From NCBI RefSeq assembly GCF_006345805.1, contig NC_042999.1:157852001-157916000 (forward strand): 64,000 nt of DNA, in the 5' to 3' direction. This stretch comes from Octopus sinensis (lineage: Eukaryota). Every line of letters starts with the position of its first letter. The stretch's first letter is position 1. The notes below the pieces were generated by a model that was not told where the DNA came from, ran no database searches, and saw nothing but the letters and a program-made list of their open reading frames with translations. The position numbers and the translations under genes were made by a program. This document shows, in pieces, positions 51,911 through 64,000 of this stretch.

Positions 51911-52137
51911 CCTAGTATTTTTTGTATTTCTCTCGCTGTTTTCTGTAGTACTTTCCTTATGATCTTTTCTGTGCAATAAATATATTGCACACCCAGTGTG
52001 ATGAATATCATCAACGTTTTTCATGATGAGAGATATCAATCAATCACTGAAATACCCTTGAGGTATTTTGTTGGGTTTCGTGTATTGCAACAATGTAGTA
52101 AAATTCTCAAAGTGGATGCAAGACTTGAAATTTTGAA

Positions 52138-52312
52138 GAAGGAGTTTATTCGATTAAATCGACTCTAGTGCGTGACTGGTCCTTTATTAATTCCGGAGGG
52201 ACAAAAAGTAAAGTTAACCTGGGCAGAATTAGAGTTCAGAATGTAAAGAACCGGATCAAATATCGTAATGCATTTTGTCCGGCGTTCTAATGATTCAGCT
52301 AATCCTTTCACA
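52138..52312 (-). mobile_element. SINE family D (degenerate)
   Basis: Reverse-complement similarity to 55727-55930. Confidence 0.55.
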
Positions 52313-53698
52313 AAGAAGTTTTGTACCATACTGAATAGTGCGGTGAAGTATAGAACATGAAGTGGTTCCAATTTTATTTTTTATTTTTCAAAGTAATGGT
52401 TTGACCTAGTCGTTAAAATATCAGATAAAATTACTTGGAGTATTAATTGGGGACTTTTACCTTCTGAGTACAAATCGAGTGACGTTTGTCATTGTTATTC
52501 ATAATTCTGGGATCTATAGAATAAGTACCTGTCACAAACCAGGGTCGTTATAATCGGTTATATCACAATTCCAAATTGAGTGCCTTATACTTTTGTTAGA
52601 AATAAGTAGCTTTCATTCTTCAAACGAGTGCAAGTTTGTCACTTCATGGGTGTTTTATATTTCCACTATTTAGTATATTTTCATAGCAATTGTTTAATCT
52701 GTTCTATTACTTAAAGTCTTAAAACTATGCCTTTTATTGCATTGTGATCGGAACATTAATAAATTGTCATTGCTACATTTGTTGTTTATGGCTGTCAGTC
52801 CCAGATATGAACAATGATTAAAGACCATTTAGTCTTTATTCAAATTTGGTGTATATAGAATATTGTTATTCAAAACATTCTTTCTTTATTCTTGAATATT
52901 GGATTTTACTTCTTGTTGGTTAAATGCGTTCCAAATGTGATCATCTCGTTATTTATTCAGATATAGTGTATCCAGAAATAAGTTAACCAATATACTTTCC
53001 ACATAGAACAGTGGGTAGAGGGCATGGTTAGGGGGCGATTTTACTGCTATTTCCAGCAAATCGAGCGACCACGTAGAGACAGATTTTCTCGTGGATTCGT
53101 TGCTACATTGGCTGTTTGTTGTAGTTGTTGTTGTCTTCATCTTCTTTAGCATCATTGTATTTTGTGGTTTGTTAGTAAATACGGCACTGAAACAATCAAC
53201 AGAGTTAGACAATGCTAGTTTGTCGATTAAACGAGTTTTATTCTTCACAACAAACAATGTATGTATATTGAAGGAAACAAAAACTCTTATAAACACACAC
53301 ATACACTTAGGACAAAAGAAAAAAAAAGCGTTGTTACACATGATTGTTATTGTTATGAATATTGTAAATGTGATCAATATCATTATCAATATATTTCTTT
53401 GGATTTCCTTTGCAATTCAAAGACTTTGTAGATTGATCCAAATTTACGTACTTAATGCATTTATTTTACCTTTTAGTATCTCTCTCTCCTTGTGCTGTCG
53501 CTCTCCCTAGCTCTCTCCCTCGCTCTTTCTTTCTCATTTTATCATTCTCTGTATATACATTAATCTCTTAAATTGTCTTTCTCCTATATCGCTCTCCGTG
53601 TTTCTACCACTTATTTCTTTATATATTGAGTACCTTTCTTGTTCGTTTGTAAACACAATCCACATACACAGACACAGACACACACGCAGACACACACG

Positions 53699-53769
<71 letters not shown>

Positions 53770-53785
<16 letters not shown>

Positions 53786-54005
53786 TTAATATATGTATGT
53801 ATGTACAAATGTATGCATGTATGTATTCATGTATGTATGTATGTATGTATTCATGTATGTATGTATGCATGCAAATATGTATGTATGTATGTATGTATTC
53901 ATGTATGTATGTATGTATGTGTGTGTGTATGTATGTATGTATGTGTGTGTATGTATGTATGTATGTATGTATGTATGTATGTATGCATGTATGTATGCAT
54001 GTTTG
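53770..54005. repeat. (TATG)n microsatellite preceded by (CA)n(TA)n
   Basis: Direct reading. Confidence 0.95.
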
Positions 54006-54654
54006 TGTGTGTATAAACATTGAAGTAGAGAGAGAAGGGGAAAGTAGAGAGGAGCGAAAGATGTGCCTGAATAAGTGGGTATACGTTATTTCTGTGGTGC
54101 TGCTCTGAATAGAAAAGATTGAAATAAAGTAAAAAAAAGAAGTTAAGGATGCAGGAGTTGCCACAGTTACGAGAATTACGGCACAATATTTGTTTGTCTG
54201 CAAGGTGGACATTACAAGTAGGGTGAACTCATCATTGATTCTCTCATTCTATCAGCAGTCACCATGCGGGGATGGAGATGAGCGCAGCATTTGTTCACTT
54301 CCAGGTATCGTCATTATAACTTTCTTTCCTAATCAGTCGTAATGTGCGTATTCACACCTCTTTATCGTTGCATGCTTTTTTTATCATAAATACATACATT
54401 CACACACACACACACACACACATGTCTGTATATATATATATATATATATTATTCATATATATATATTATATTATATATATATATTTATATATATAATATT
54501 ATATATATATATGTTATATATATTTTTATTATATATATACATGCAAACATACAGATATAACGCATAATTATACATATTTATATACACACGAACATACTTA
54601 TTAATGCTTGTGCGTATACCCACGCGCACGGATATATACAAGTCTATATATAAA

Positions 54655-54812
54655 AGAAGTGGCTGTGTGGTAATAAACTTGCTTCCCAATCACATGGTTC
54701 CGGGTTCAGTCCCACTGCATGGCACCTTGGGCATGTGTCTTCTGTTATATCCTTGGGCCGACTAAAGCCTTGTGAGTGGATTTGGTAGACGGTAACTGGA
54801 GGAAGCCCCGTC

Positions 54813-54846
<34 letters not shown>

Positions 54847-54965
54847 GTATGCATGTACGTATCTATGTATCTATGTATGTATTTGCTTGTCTGTGTTTGT
54901 CCCCCCACCATCGCTTGACAACCGATGCTGGTGTGTTTACATTCCCGTAACTTAGCGGTTCGACA
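54655..54965 (+). mobile_element. SINE family A (3'-truncated)
   Basis: Head and body match. Confidence 0.85.
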
Positions 54966-55022
54966 AAATATATATGTATATATGAGCATGTACGAGATAT
55001 TATAAGGGATATAATATGTCTG

Positions 55023-55055
<33 letters not shown>

Positions 55056-55726
55056 GACACGCAGTTCTCTTTTTGTCTCTCTATCCGCTTATCTTTATAC
55101 AAAGACTTTGTCTAAGGTAATGCAACAGTAGATATAACTTTGATATTGACTGGCATAAATTATGTATTTTGGTAGAGTACTCTCTCTCTCTCTCCCTGTA
55201 TATATATATTATATATATATATTATATATAGGGTATATATATATATTAGTATATATATATATATATCCTTCAACTACAAGCGATGCAATTGCGTCATCGT
55301 CGAAACCAATACTTTTCTGTTTGAAAAATACTGGTGGTTACTTCTTAACCGCTACTTTAACTCATCTCTGTCATCAAATTTATATCTCCGAAAACTGACC
55401 TTTATTAGATCGAAGTGATGCAAGATGGAGTGTGCCAGATCTGGTCTGTGAAGTGGATGAGGGATCGTTAACTACCCAGTGTGCTGATTGTCTGAGTTGT
55501 TACCAAATGTGAATCATGGTGAATGCAAATAGATTTCAGATTCTTCCTTGGTTGTTCCTCCTAATAGTTTCTCTAAGCTTTCCCTGTTCATAGTATAATC
55601 ACATTCTAGAAAAATCAAGGAAAACGACGCCTTTGTCATCTTATTAATCAGTTATCATGATTTTCTCTGCCAATCGCTGGCTCTCGAGAAGAGATGTGAC
55701 ATCACCCTATGGAATGAACTTGCATT

Positions 55727-55930
55727 CGGCGAGCTGACAGAATCGTTTGCACACCGGCAAAAAAGCTTTACGTTCATTACGTTCTGAGTTCGAATTCCGC
55801 CTAGGTCGACTTTGCCTTTCATCCTTTCGGGGTCGATAAATTAAGTACCAGTGAAACACTGGGGTCGATGTAATCGACTATACTCCTCAACCAAATTTCA
55901 GGCGTTGTGCCTTTAGTAGAAAAGATTATA
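55727..55930 (+). mobile_element. SINE family D with Deu/Nin-like core
   Basis: tRNA-like head then GTCGACTTTGCCTTTCATCCTTTCGGGGTCGATAAATTAAGTACCAG, identical in the 61958 copy. Confidence 0.8.
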
Positions 55931-56400
55931 AAGTTACGATCAGTCAATAAATCGGGGAGAAAAAATGAGTCTTTAAAGGCTCCGAAAGCGTCTAGCAGAT
56001 CAGAACTGACATATACTCTTCTCTTTCTCAAATCGGGTGTCAACTGCCGAGGTACACACTTTACATATACTTTCCAATATCCAGTCTTTCACAATGCATT
56101 GTAACCATAGTCCAATCGTGCAGCAGTTTCTCTGAATGTGACTCACCTGTACGCGCGAAACAATTCTCCCTCTTTCCGGTGAATTGTCAGTCGTCGAAGT
56201 CGATGATCGCCAATTACTTGCTTTGTTGTCAATGCTGATTTCTCCTTTCAACTTCATTCATCTCTTTGCAATGCTCTCGTTAATAATATTTTCATCTCGG
56301 TACACAACCTGTAGTCTTCTGTGGATGCTGGACAGCCTGCATCCCTCCTTCGTCAACAGCTCATTGGTAGCATGCTGCTGGCGCGGGTTTACATATAGTA
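55931..56400 (-). pseudogene. mariner transposase N-terminal fragment
   Basis: GYWKVYVKCVPRQLTPDLRKRRV corresponds to mariner WVPRxLT..K..RV. Confidence 0.6.
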
Positions 56401-56636
56401 TATATATATATGCCTATGTAGTGTATACATATGTTTGTATATATATACTACATATCTATATATATATATATAATATATATATATATATATTATACATGTA
56501 TATATATATATATATATATATCTATATATATATATATATATATGTATTGTATATACACTTATATATACTCTTGTATATGTGTATTTTGTTTCATATTTAT
56601 ATTTGCATTTGTATATTTTTATAATTCTACTTTATA

Positions 56637-56762
56637 ATCTCTGACGAGGCCTTGAGATATATATATAAGTAACTCATTTTTAACTGCATATTACCTCAAT
56701 ACATCTGACTAACATAGGCACAATGAGATACCTTTATCTACAGGCTGAAACAGCTGTAAGAT
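56637..56762 (+). ncRNA. PLE-type hammerhead ribozyme motif with intact core
   Basis: ATCT-CTGACGA(56641-56647)-GGCCT...AGGCT-GAAA(56747-56750)-CAGCTGT-A-AGAT; palindromic ACAGCTGT helix III; predicted GUA cleavage after 56758. Confidence 0.7.
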
Positions 56763-56981
56763 CCATTTTATGTGTATCATTTTTATGGTATTATCTTACT
56801 TATTGATGTATATTGTTTTATTCTGTTGGATTTGGATGTTCCTATTTAAGTAGTTAATAAATAATATGAATTGGTATTATCTGTAAGTCGATGATGAAAG
56901 AATCTGTTCCTCCATTTTCTTATTTGTATTATATATTTTACCACACACACACACACACACACATATATATACATACATATA

Positions 56982-57020
<39 letters not shown>

Positions 57021-57325
57021 TATATATATACATACATATACATATATATATATTACATACATATATATATACCACCATATATATAATATTATATACGCAC
57101 ACACCACTATATATATATATTATACACACATACACACAGCTCACAAACACACGCACACACACACATATATATCCATTATGTGTTTGTTCGGTATGTATAT
57201 ATGGTATCTATATAACTTTAATGACTTTGATAGGTTTCGGCCAGTGTAGAACCAGGCCATACTAACATAATAGCACCACCTGTATATATTCTGTTTATCT
57301 ATCTATCTATCTATCTATTATCTAG

Positions 57326-57441
<116 letters not shown>

Positions 57442-57781
57442 TTACATTCGACGGTGTTCTAGTTTCATCTATTAAGTTATTTATTTTTATATACATAAAG
57501 ATTTTTCGAAACAGTGAAGTTTCCGAAGCTTTCATATTTTCATTTTCCGAAAAGGACGTGTTTTATTTTTGTGTCTCTTTGTACAAGACAGGTAAAAAAT
57601 GTGATTAATGTAGGCCATACCGTCGAATACATACAACACCACCGAAATGATTATTGTTTGTTATCTGCGTGTTTATTGTAGGAAGTTGTTCTAAGTTTTA
57701 AATATTGCTTCTGTCATTAACTATCAAGTTTGTTTGCGGCTTAATGTTTACTAATGTGTTTCTCTCTCGCTTACGCTCTCG

Positions 57782-57837
<56 letters not shown>

Positions 57838-57851
57838 ACACACACATATAT

Positions 57852-58155
57852 GGAGGCGCAATGACCCTGTGGTTAGGGGAGCGGACACGCGGTCGGAGGA
57901 TCGCGGTTTCGATTCACAGACCGGGCGTTGTGTGTGTTTATTGAGCGAAAACACATAAAAGAGCGCCACGAGGCTCCGGCAGAGGGTGGTGGCGCCTCCT
58001 GTTGTACTCTTTTGCCACAACTTTCTCTCACTCTCTCTCTTCCTGTTTCTTGAGTAGCGCTGCGATGGACTTGCGTCCCGGCCAGCTGGGGGGAACACAT
58101 ACGCCACAGAAACCAGGCCCATGAGCCTGGCTAGGCTTGAAAGGGCGACGAAAAA
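57852..58155 (+). mobile_element. SINE, head B plus tail 3
   Basis: Head and body as 4038; tail GCGATGGACTTGCGTCCCGGCCAG..GCCACAGAAACC. Confidence 0.8.
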
Positions 58156-58789
58156 GATATATATATATATAATATATATATATATATATAATATATAATA
58201 TATATATCTATGTGGCTGCCCCCTCGTTATCGAGTATGGCATAGCACGAAGCTTAATCAAATGTTGTTATCGTGCAATGCCTGTGCAAAAGATATTTTTT
58301 TAAGTGAGGAAGGCTGTGCACTGAGTCAATCCCACTCACTAAGCAACAGCAGCCATAATTCGAAAAGAAGAACAAGTCAACATCATCGGTAACCACTGAG
58401 CCGCAGGTTTTATGTCGGAGTTATCCCAGTTACCTGAGTTGCCTTCTCCTAGAAGGATGCCCTGACAAAGTCTAGGAGTCCTTCACTCCCAATGGTTTAA
58501 AACCGTGTGATCGGGTATTCAATCCGATTATTATATTCCCCCCGCGCATGATACAGCTTTAAGACATTTATTGGATGGCCGTTTACTCTCAGAGTTCCTC
58601 CTCCCTTTGATGGGTTTTGTTTTTCATCCCGCAGGGTGACCAATAAACACCCTCCTCACCAAGCGAGCTTGGTGGGGTTGCCGGTTTAGTCGCCGACGAC
58701 CCGACCATGCAACAGGTAGTACTGGGTTACATGTTACCAGTAGCACTCAGAAGTGACCTGACATACATATAATGTATGTATGTATGTGC

Positions 58790-59457
58790 ACAAGATCTCC
58801 CTCATTGTGTCGAGAACGATGAAAACTTTCTGAAAACAGTAATAACGGGTGATGAATCGTGTGTCTATGGCTATGATCTCGAAACAAAGGCTCGGTCTTC
58901 GCAGTGGAAGATCCCAATCTCTCCGAGACCGAAGAAAGCACGAATGAGTCGAAGCAATGTGAAGACACTGTTAACTGTTTTCTTTGACCACAAGGGGATC
59001 GGTCATCATGAGTATGCTCCACTTGGTCAGGCACTAAACAAGGAGTACTACCGTGATGTTTTGCGGCGTTTGCAGGATGCGATTCGTCGGTGAGTCGGTG
59101 AGTGGCAGTTGCAGCATGACAACGCACCTGCCTATCCGAGCAGCATTCCCCAGGTCCGTTAGCCACTGTGTTCCCCAGATCTCGCCCCCTTGCATCTTTT
59201 TCCTCTTTCCAAAAATCAAATCCTGCTTGAAAGGAAGAAGATTTCAGGATGTCGAGGAAATCAAAGTGGACGCGATGAGGCACCTGCTTATCATTTCAGA
59301 AAACGGGTTCCAGGAATGCTTCCATCAATAGAAACAGCGCCGGATTAAGTGTGTTGCTTCCGAAGGGGACTACTTTGAAGGAGATTAAATGCCAAATTAG
59401 TACGTGTTGTAGTTTTGTTTTTTAGCACCAGTCCGGATATTTATTGATCAGACCACA
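58790..59457 (+). mobile_element. mariner-family DNA transposon, 3' two-thirds, decayed
   Basis: FLKTVITGDESCVYGYD, TVFFDHKG, HDNAP, SPDLAPC.FFLFPKIKS.LKGRRF. Confidence 0.92.
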
Positions 59458-59874
59458 ATGTATGTATGTATGTATGTATGTATGTATGTATGTATGTATC
59501 TATCTATCTATCTATCTATCTACATACACATACCATGGAGATACGTGGCTTACTGATTAGGGTGTTACACACTCATAATGGTAGGTTTGCTCGTAGAGTC
59601 TGTTGACTGCTTCGAGTATATCGCAAGGAGCACAACACATTCCGTAGCTACTGGAATAGATGTGTGTGAGCTATATACGATCAGAATTACATTTCTTCAC
59701 TATCCAAAAAAAATAAAATTGAAGTCATCACTTTAGTATATTAAGAATCCATCCATCTAAGCCTTCAGAAAAAAAAACAAAAAAAAAATAAAAAAAAGAA
59801 AAACGAAAACAAAAAAAAACAAAACTACACTATGTGGTTATATACTCGATGAGAGTTGTTAAATATTTGAAGAG

Positions 59875-60290
59875 TTAGTTGATAGTTCTCCGCTTGGAAC
59901 TTACCAGCATTCTACTACTTTGATGAGTTTTCTCGTTATTACTAAATACCAACACGGTAACCTCCTTATATGAAGACAAATTATATCTTCTGAACTGTCT
60001 GCTGTCTGGTATTCTGTCAGCATGTAATTTAAGAGAAACATTTTCTTGTATTGTTCCAGCATCAATTTGTTCTTGAACAGAGGAGAATAATTGCAAATAA
60101 ATGTTGTAAGTCGAAACTATTGTAGAATGAAGTGTACGGAAAATAGCAGCATCAAACTTTCCTATCCCATTATCTGCACCCATTCTCTGCGTATGCTGTC
60201 GAACTTGTTCTTCAGAATCTTGAAAGTAAATTTGCAAGTAGGATGGCAAATCAATAATTGTATTTCCTGGTGTTTCTAAAAAAAAAAAAT
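59875..60290 (-). pseudogene. Helitron Rep-helicase N-terminal fragment
   Basis: PSYLQIYF..., RRYNLSSYKEVTVLV resemble Helitron FxQIYF / RRYNxPTxxEVAVL. Confidence 0.65.
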
Positions 60291-60381
60291 CTATGAACAA
60301 CACTGTGAATTCTGCAGATAGAAAGGCATCAAGTAATTATAGCATCGGTTGGTTTCATGCTACCACATATGGCCATAGCAC

Positions 60382-60797
60382 TCTTTACTCTTTTACTCTT
60401 TTACTTGTTTCAGTCATTTGACTGCGGCCATGCTGGAGCACCGCCTTTAGTCGAGCAAATCGACCTCGGGACTTATTCTTTGTAAGCCCAGTACTTATTC
60501 TATCGGGGTCTTTTGCCAAACCGCTAAGTGACGGGGACATAAACACACCAGCACTGGTTGTCTAGCAATGCTAGGGGGACAAACACAGACACACAAACAC
60601 ACGTGCACACACACATATATATATATATACATATATACGACAGGCTTCTTTCAGTTTCCGTCTACCAAATCCACTCACAAGGCATTGGTCGGCCCGGAGC
60701 TATATCAGAAGACACTTGCCCAAGATGCCACGCAGTGGGACTGAACCCGGAACAATGTGGTTGGTTAGCAAGCTACTTACCACACAGCCACTCCTGC
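60382..60797 (-). mobile_element. SINE family A, full length
   Basis: Reverse-complement match. Confidence 0.92.
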
Positions 60798-61362
60798 GAA
60801 CTCCTACTTACCACACAGCCACTGTCGAACTTCCGAATATTTCTTCTGAAATATTTTACTTCTGGTGAATCAAGTATGAATAATTGATGTAGTTCATTAA
60901 GTATAACTGTTTCGTTTGGAATACAGATTAAAGTTGATTTACAGCAAATGGCAAAATTAGGTTGGGCTAAAGTTCCCCCAGTGCACGCTCCCACGAACAT
61001 TACAATGCTGCAATGGCGACCTACTATCTCCATTCAATGAAGACTATCATGAGTTACATTGTCAACTACTTCTAGCACTGAGTCCATGTCAAGCTGTCTT
61101 GTAACATATAGCATCCGTTTTTGTTCTGATAGATTAATTCTGTTCTGAGTTATTAGTTGCTTTTGTTGCTGTTGAGAAAGTCATTGGTGTGCTGGACAGT
61201 GCTGCTTAGCATCTCCTTCTAAAACCTGTTCACATTGTTCTTGAGGAGGCTGTCACCCTGCTGCTCTATGGAGTTCAACATTATGTGCGAAAATACGTTA
61301 ATGTTGTCGTGCTGCTCAGCGCCATTCTACATTTTAAACCAAAGAAAAAAAAAAAAAAAAAT

Positions 61363-61776
61363 AGGCGCAGGAGTGGCTGTGTGGTAAGTAGCTTGTTTGC
61401 CGGCCACATGGTTCCGGGTTCAGTCCCACTACGTGGCATCTTGGGCAAGTGTCTTCTACTATAGCCTCGGGCTGACCAAAGCCTTGTGGGTGGATTTGGT
61501 AGACGGAAACTGAAGGAAGCCCGTCGTATATATGTATATATATATGAGTGTGTGTGTATATGTTTGTGCGTCTGTGTTTGTCTCTCTAGCATTGATTGAC
61601 AACCGATGCTGGTGTTTACGTCCCCGTAACTTAGCGGTTCGGCAAAAGAGACCGATAGAATAAGTACTGGGCTTACAAAAGAATAAGTCCCTGGGTCGAG
61701 TTGCTCGATTAAAGGCGGTGCTCCAGCATGGCCGCAGTCAAATGACTGAAACAAGTAAAAGAGTAAAGAGTAAAAG
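61363..61776 (+). mobile_element. SINE family A, full length
   Basis: Complete match. Confidence 0.92.
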
Positions 61777-61957
61777 TAAACAAAAACCAAACAAAAAAAA
61801 CTGTCCATTTGCTCTCGCGAAAGCCCTTACTGTACTGCTTTATGTTCAGTATTTTGAACCAAAATGCTTTCTTGTTGCACTTAAGAAAATTGTTATCATC
61901 GTTGATTATTTTGCGCACACGCTCACGCTGTCTACGGAAACGATATTCCCGTACTTG

Positions 61958-62187
61958 GCGGAGAGCTGGCAGAAACGTTAGCACGTCGGGCGGAATGCTC
62001 AGCAGTATTTCGTCTGCCGTTACGTTGTGAGTTCAAGTTCCGCCGAGGTCGACTTTGCCTTTCATCCTTTCGGGGTCGATAAATTAAGTACCAGTTTCAC
62101 ATTGGGGTCTATATAATCGACTTAATACCTATGTCTGTCCTTGTTTGTTCTCTCTATGTTTAGCCTCTTGTGGGTAATAAAGAAATA
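61958..62187 (+). mobile_element. SINE family D with Deu/Nin-like core
   Basis: GGCGGAGAGCTGGCAGAAACG..GAGTTCAAGTTCCGCCGAGGTCGACTTTGCCTTTCATCCTTTCGGGGTCGATAAATTAAGTACCAG. Confidence 0.8.
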
Positions 62188-62660
62188 GATATTCCCGTAC
62201 TTGTCTATAATGCGCAACGTGTTGAACCAAAACGCGTTCTCACTGCTCTTGAGAAAGTCCTCGTGCATATCTTCGTCGAACGGCATTTGCGTGTCTTTGA
62301 TGTTCCATTTGTGTTTAATACTTGCTTTGTCTCCAAGCTTGCTATCGTTTTTCTCCTGATTCTCTGTGAGACATTTCGCGTTGTTCATTCATATTTGGTA
62401 ATTTGTTCAATAAAACATGATTGAATAAATTTTATTTACAATATAGAGGAATAGGAAAATCAAAAATCACGAAATCTAAATAGACGCCTTACTTTGCATG
62501 TTCAAGTTACATGTAACGTTGATACGGCTTTTCAAAAATTATTTAAAAAAATAGTAAATGGCTGCTTAAAAAATAAGATTTTATACAAACATTTAATTTA
62601 ACAAACTAAATATTGATTATTTTCTGATTACATATTCCATATTTGAAATATTTTCAATTA

Positions 62661-62704
<44 letters not shown>

Positions 62705-62943
62705 TATATATATATCTATATATCTTTCATATATTTGTTTTGCAAGATTTTTTATGTGAAATCGTGTGTTGAAACATATTGTTGTATTTAGGAATGGTCA
62801 TTTTGCCAGTTTAGCTAATAAAAACACAAGCACTATATATTTGGTGCTACTTTGCTTCAGCGTTATTTATTTTTTACATTAATCTTAATCTTATTTGGGC
62901 CAGAGTTCTTTCGTCACACTCCTGTGACCGCATCAGTGGTCCT

Positions 62944-63240
62944 TTGCTTTATTTTCTAGTGGACATTCCAGACAAGCTGAATGAGTTGAATGTGTGGTTA
63001 CAAGAAAAAGAAAAACTCTTCCATAATTTGTTTCGTGGGGTGACAGCTTCCCACAAGAAACTGGATTTTTGGATTGCTCAAATTGCTGACAGCAATTATG
63101 CTTACTTTCCTTGCCTTCAGGAACAGTCGCACATTTCAGCCATTAATCATGAATTCTTTGTGAGTGAGTTAAAACGGACTCAAGAAGAATTTGCCATGAA
63201 ATTTAAGGATTCCGTGCTTGTGAAGACCAGCTATTCTTGA
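62944..63240 (+). pseudogene. hAT (Buster/Charlie/SPIN-like) transposase fragment
   Basis: LYFLVDIPDKLNELNVWLQEK..KLDFW..YFPCL..EEFAMKFKD resembles LAFLVDI..HLNELN..LQG..KL.LW..HFP.L..EF..RF.D. Confidence 0.75.
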
Positions 63241-63244
63241 AGTT

Positions 63245-63455
63245 TGTTCTTTCTAATGCAGCATTATAATATGGGGCGGCTTTTTCGAAAGTGTCTTTGT
63301 TGCCGGATAAATTTGTTTAATTACTGCTGGTGGGTGACTGTACGAGGCTTCCACGTTTTGTTTGTGGTAGGGTTTAAATTTTCCAGTATTAAGATTCATG
63401 TTAATGTCTAGGAAGTTGACTTCTTTAAGGTTTGTACAAATTGTGTTTCTTAGGC
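63245..63455 (-). pseudogene. PLE RT thumb fragment
   Basis: GL..TICTNLKKVNFLDINMNLNTGKFKPY..SHPPAVIKQI. Confidence 0.75.
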
Positions 63456-63469
63456 CTAATTACTCTTAT

Positions 63470-63907
63470 TCTTTTTTACTCTTTTACTCTTTTACTTGTT
63501 TCAGTCATTTGACTGCGGCCATGCTGGAGCACCGCCTTTAGTCGAGCAAATCGACCTCGGGACTTATTCTTTGTAAGCCCAGTACTTATTCTATTGGTCT
63601 CTTTTGCCGAACCGCTAAGTAACGGGGACATAAACACACCAGCATCGGTTGTCAAGCAATGCTAGAGGGGCAAACACAGACACACAAACATATACATACA
63701 CATACATACATACATACATATAATATTTTATATATATATATATATACGACAGGCTTCTTTCAGTTTCCGTCTACCAAATCCACTCACAAGGCTTTGGTCG
63801 GCCCGAAGCTATAGCAGAAGACACTTGCCCAAGATGCCACGCAGTGGGACTGAACCCGGAACCATGTGGTTGGTTAGCAAGCTACTTACCACACAGCCAC
63901 TCCTGTG
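63470..63907 (-). mobile_element. SINE family A, full length
   Basis: Reverse-complement match. Confidence 0.92.
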
Positions 63908-64000
63908 CCTATTGGCTTGATATTTTACATAATTTTTCCTTATTCTATCCATATCCTGTCCGTTTTTATTGTGTACTACTCCCAGGCCATCGTCCCTATA

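Noticed and set aside
52949-53510. Overlapping 139-146 aa ORFs on both strands
   Set aside because: Low-complexity, no recognisable motif or splice context
62122-62388. 88-aa minus-strand ORF
   Set aside because: No motif recognised with confidence, and its 3' part runs into a SINE-D tail

Overview
AT-rich, repeat-saturated metazoan DNA. It is inferred to be coleoid cephalopod (Octopus-like) from the SINE families, the very long (TA)n/(TG)n/(TATG)n/(GATA)n/(TAA)n tracts and the TTAGGG-type repeat. Most of the ORF track is microsatellite artefact. Host gene content is one convincing exon (minus strand, 37389-37002) encoding a signal peptide plus an Ig-like domain. Mobile DNA comprises a near full-length decayed Tx1/L1-clade LINE (5468-10965) inside a (GATA)n array, a near full-length decayed CR1-like LINE (about 31525-36025) whose ORF1 appears to combine a Myb/SANT-like trihelix with a CCCH finger, several Penelope-like element (PLE) remnants, and RTE, R4/Dong, mariner, hAT and Helitron fragments, MITEs and more than 25 tRNA-derived SINE copies. 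The most interesting signals are: (i) at least five families of minimal PLE-type hammerhead-ribozyme motifs, one with a fully canonical core (56637-56762); (ii) a GATA-targeted Tx1 insertion with an empty paralogous site in the same window; (iii) a SINE/CR1 shared 3' tail with a covarying hairpin; (iv) a complete 2-heads x 3-tails combinatorial SINE set. All calls come from manual reading and motif recognition; no database searches or folding programs were run, and element boundaries are approximate unless a TSD is given.
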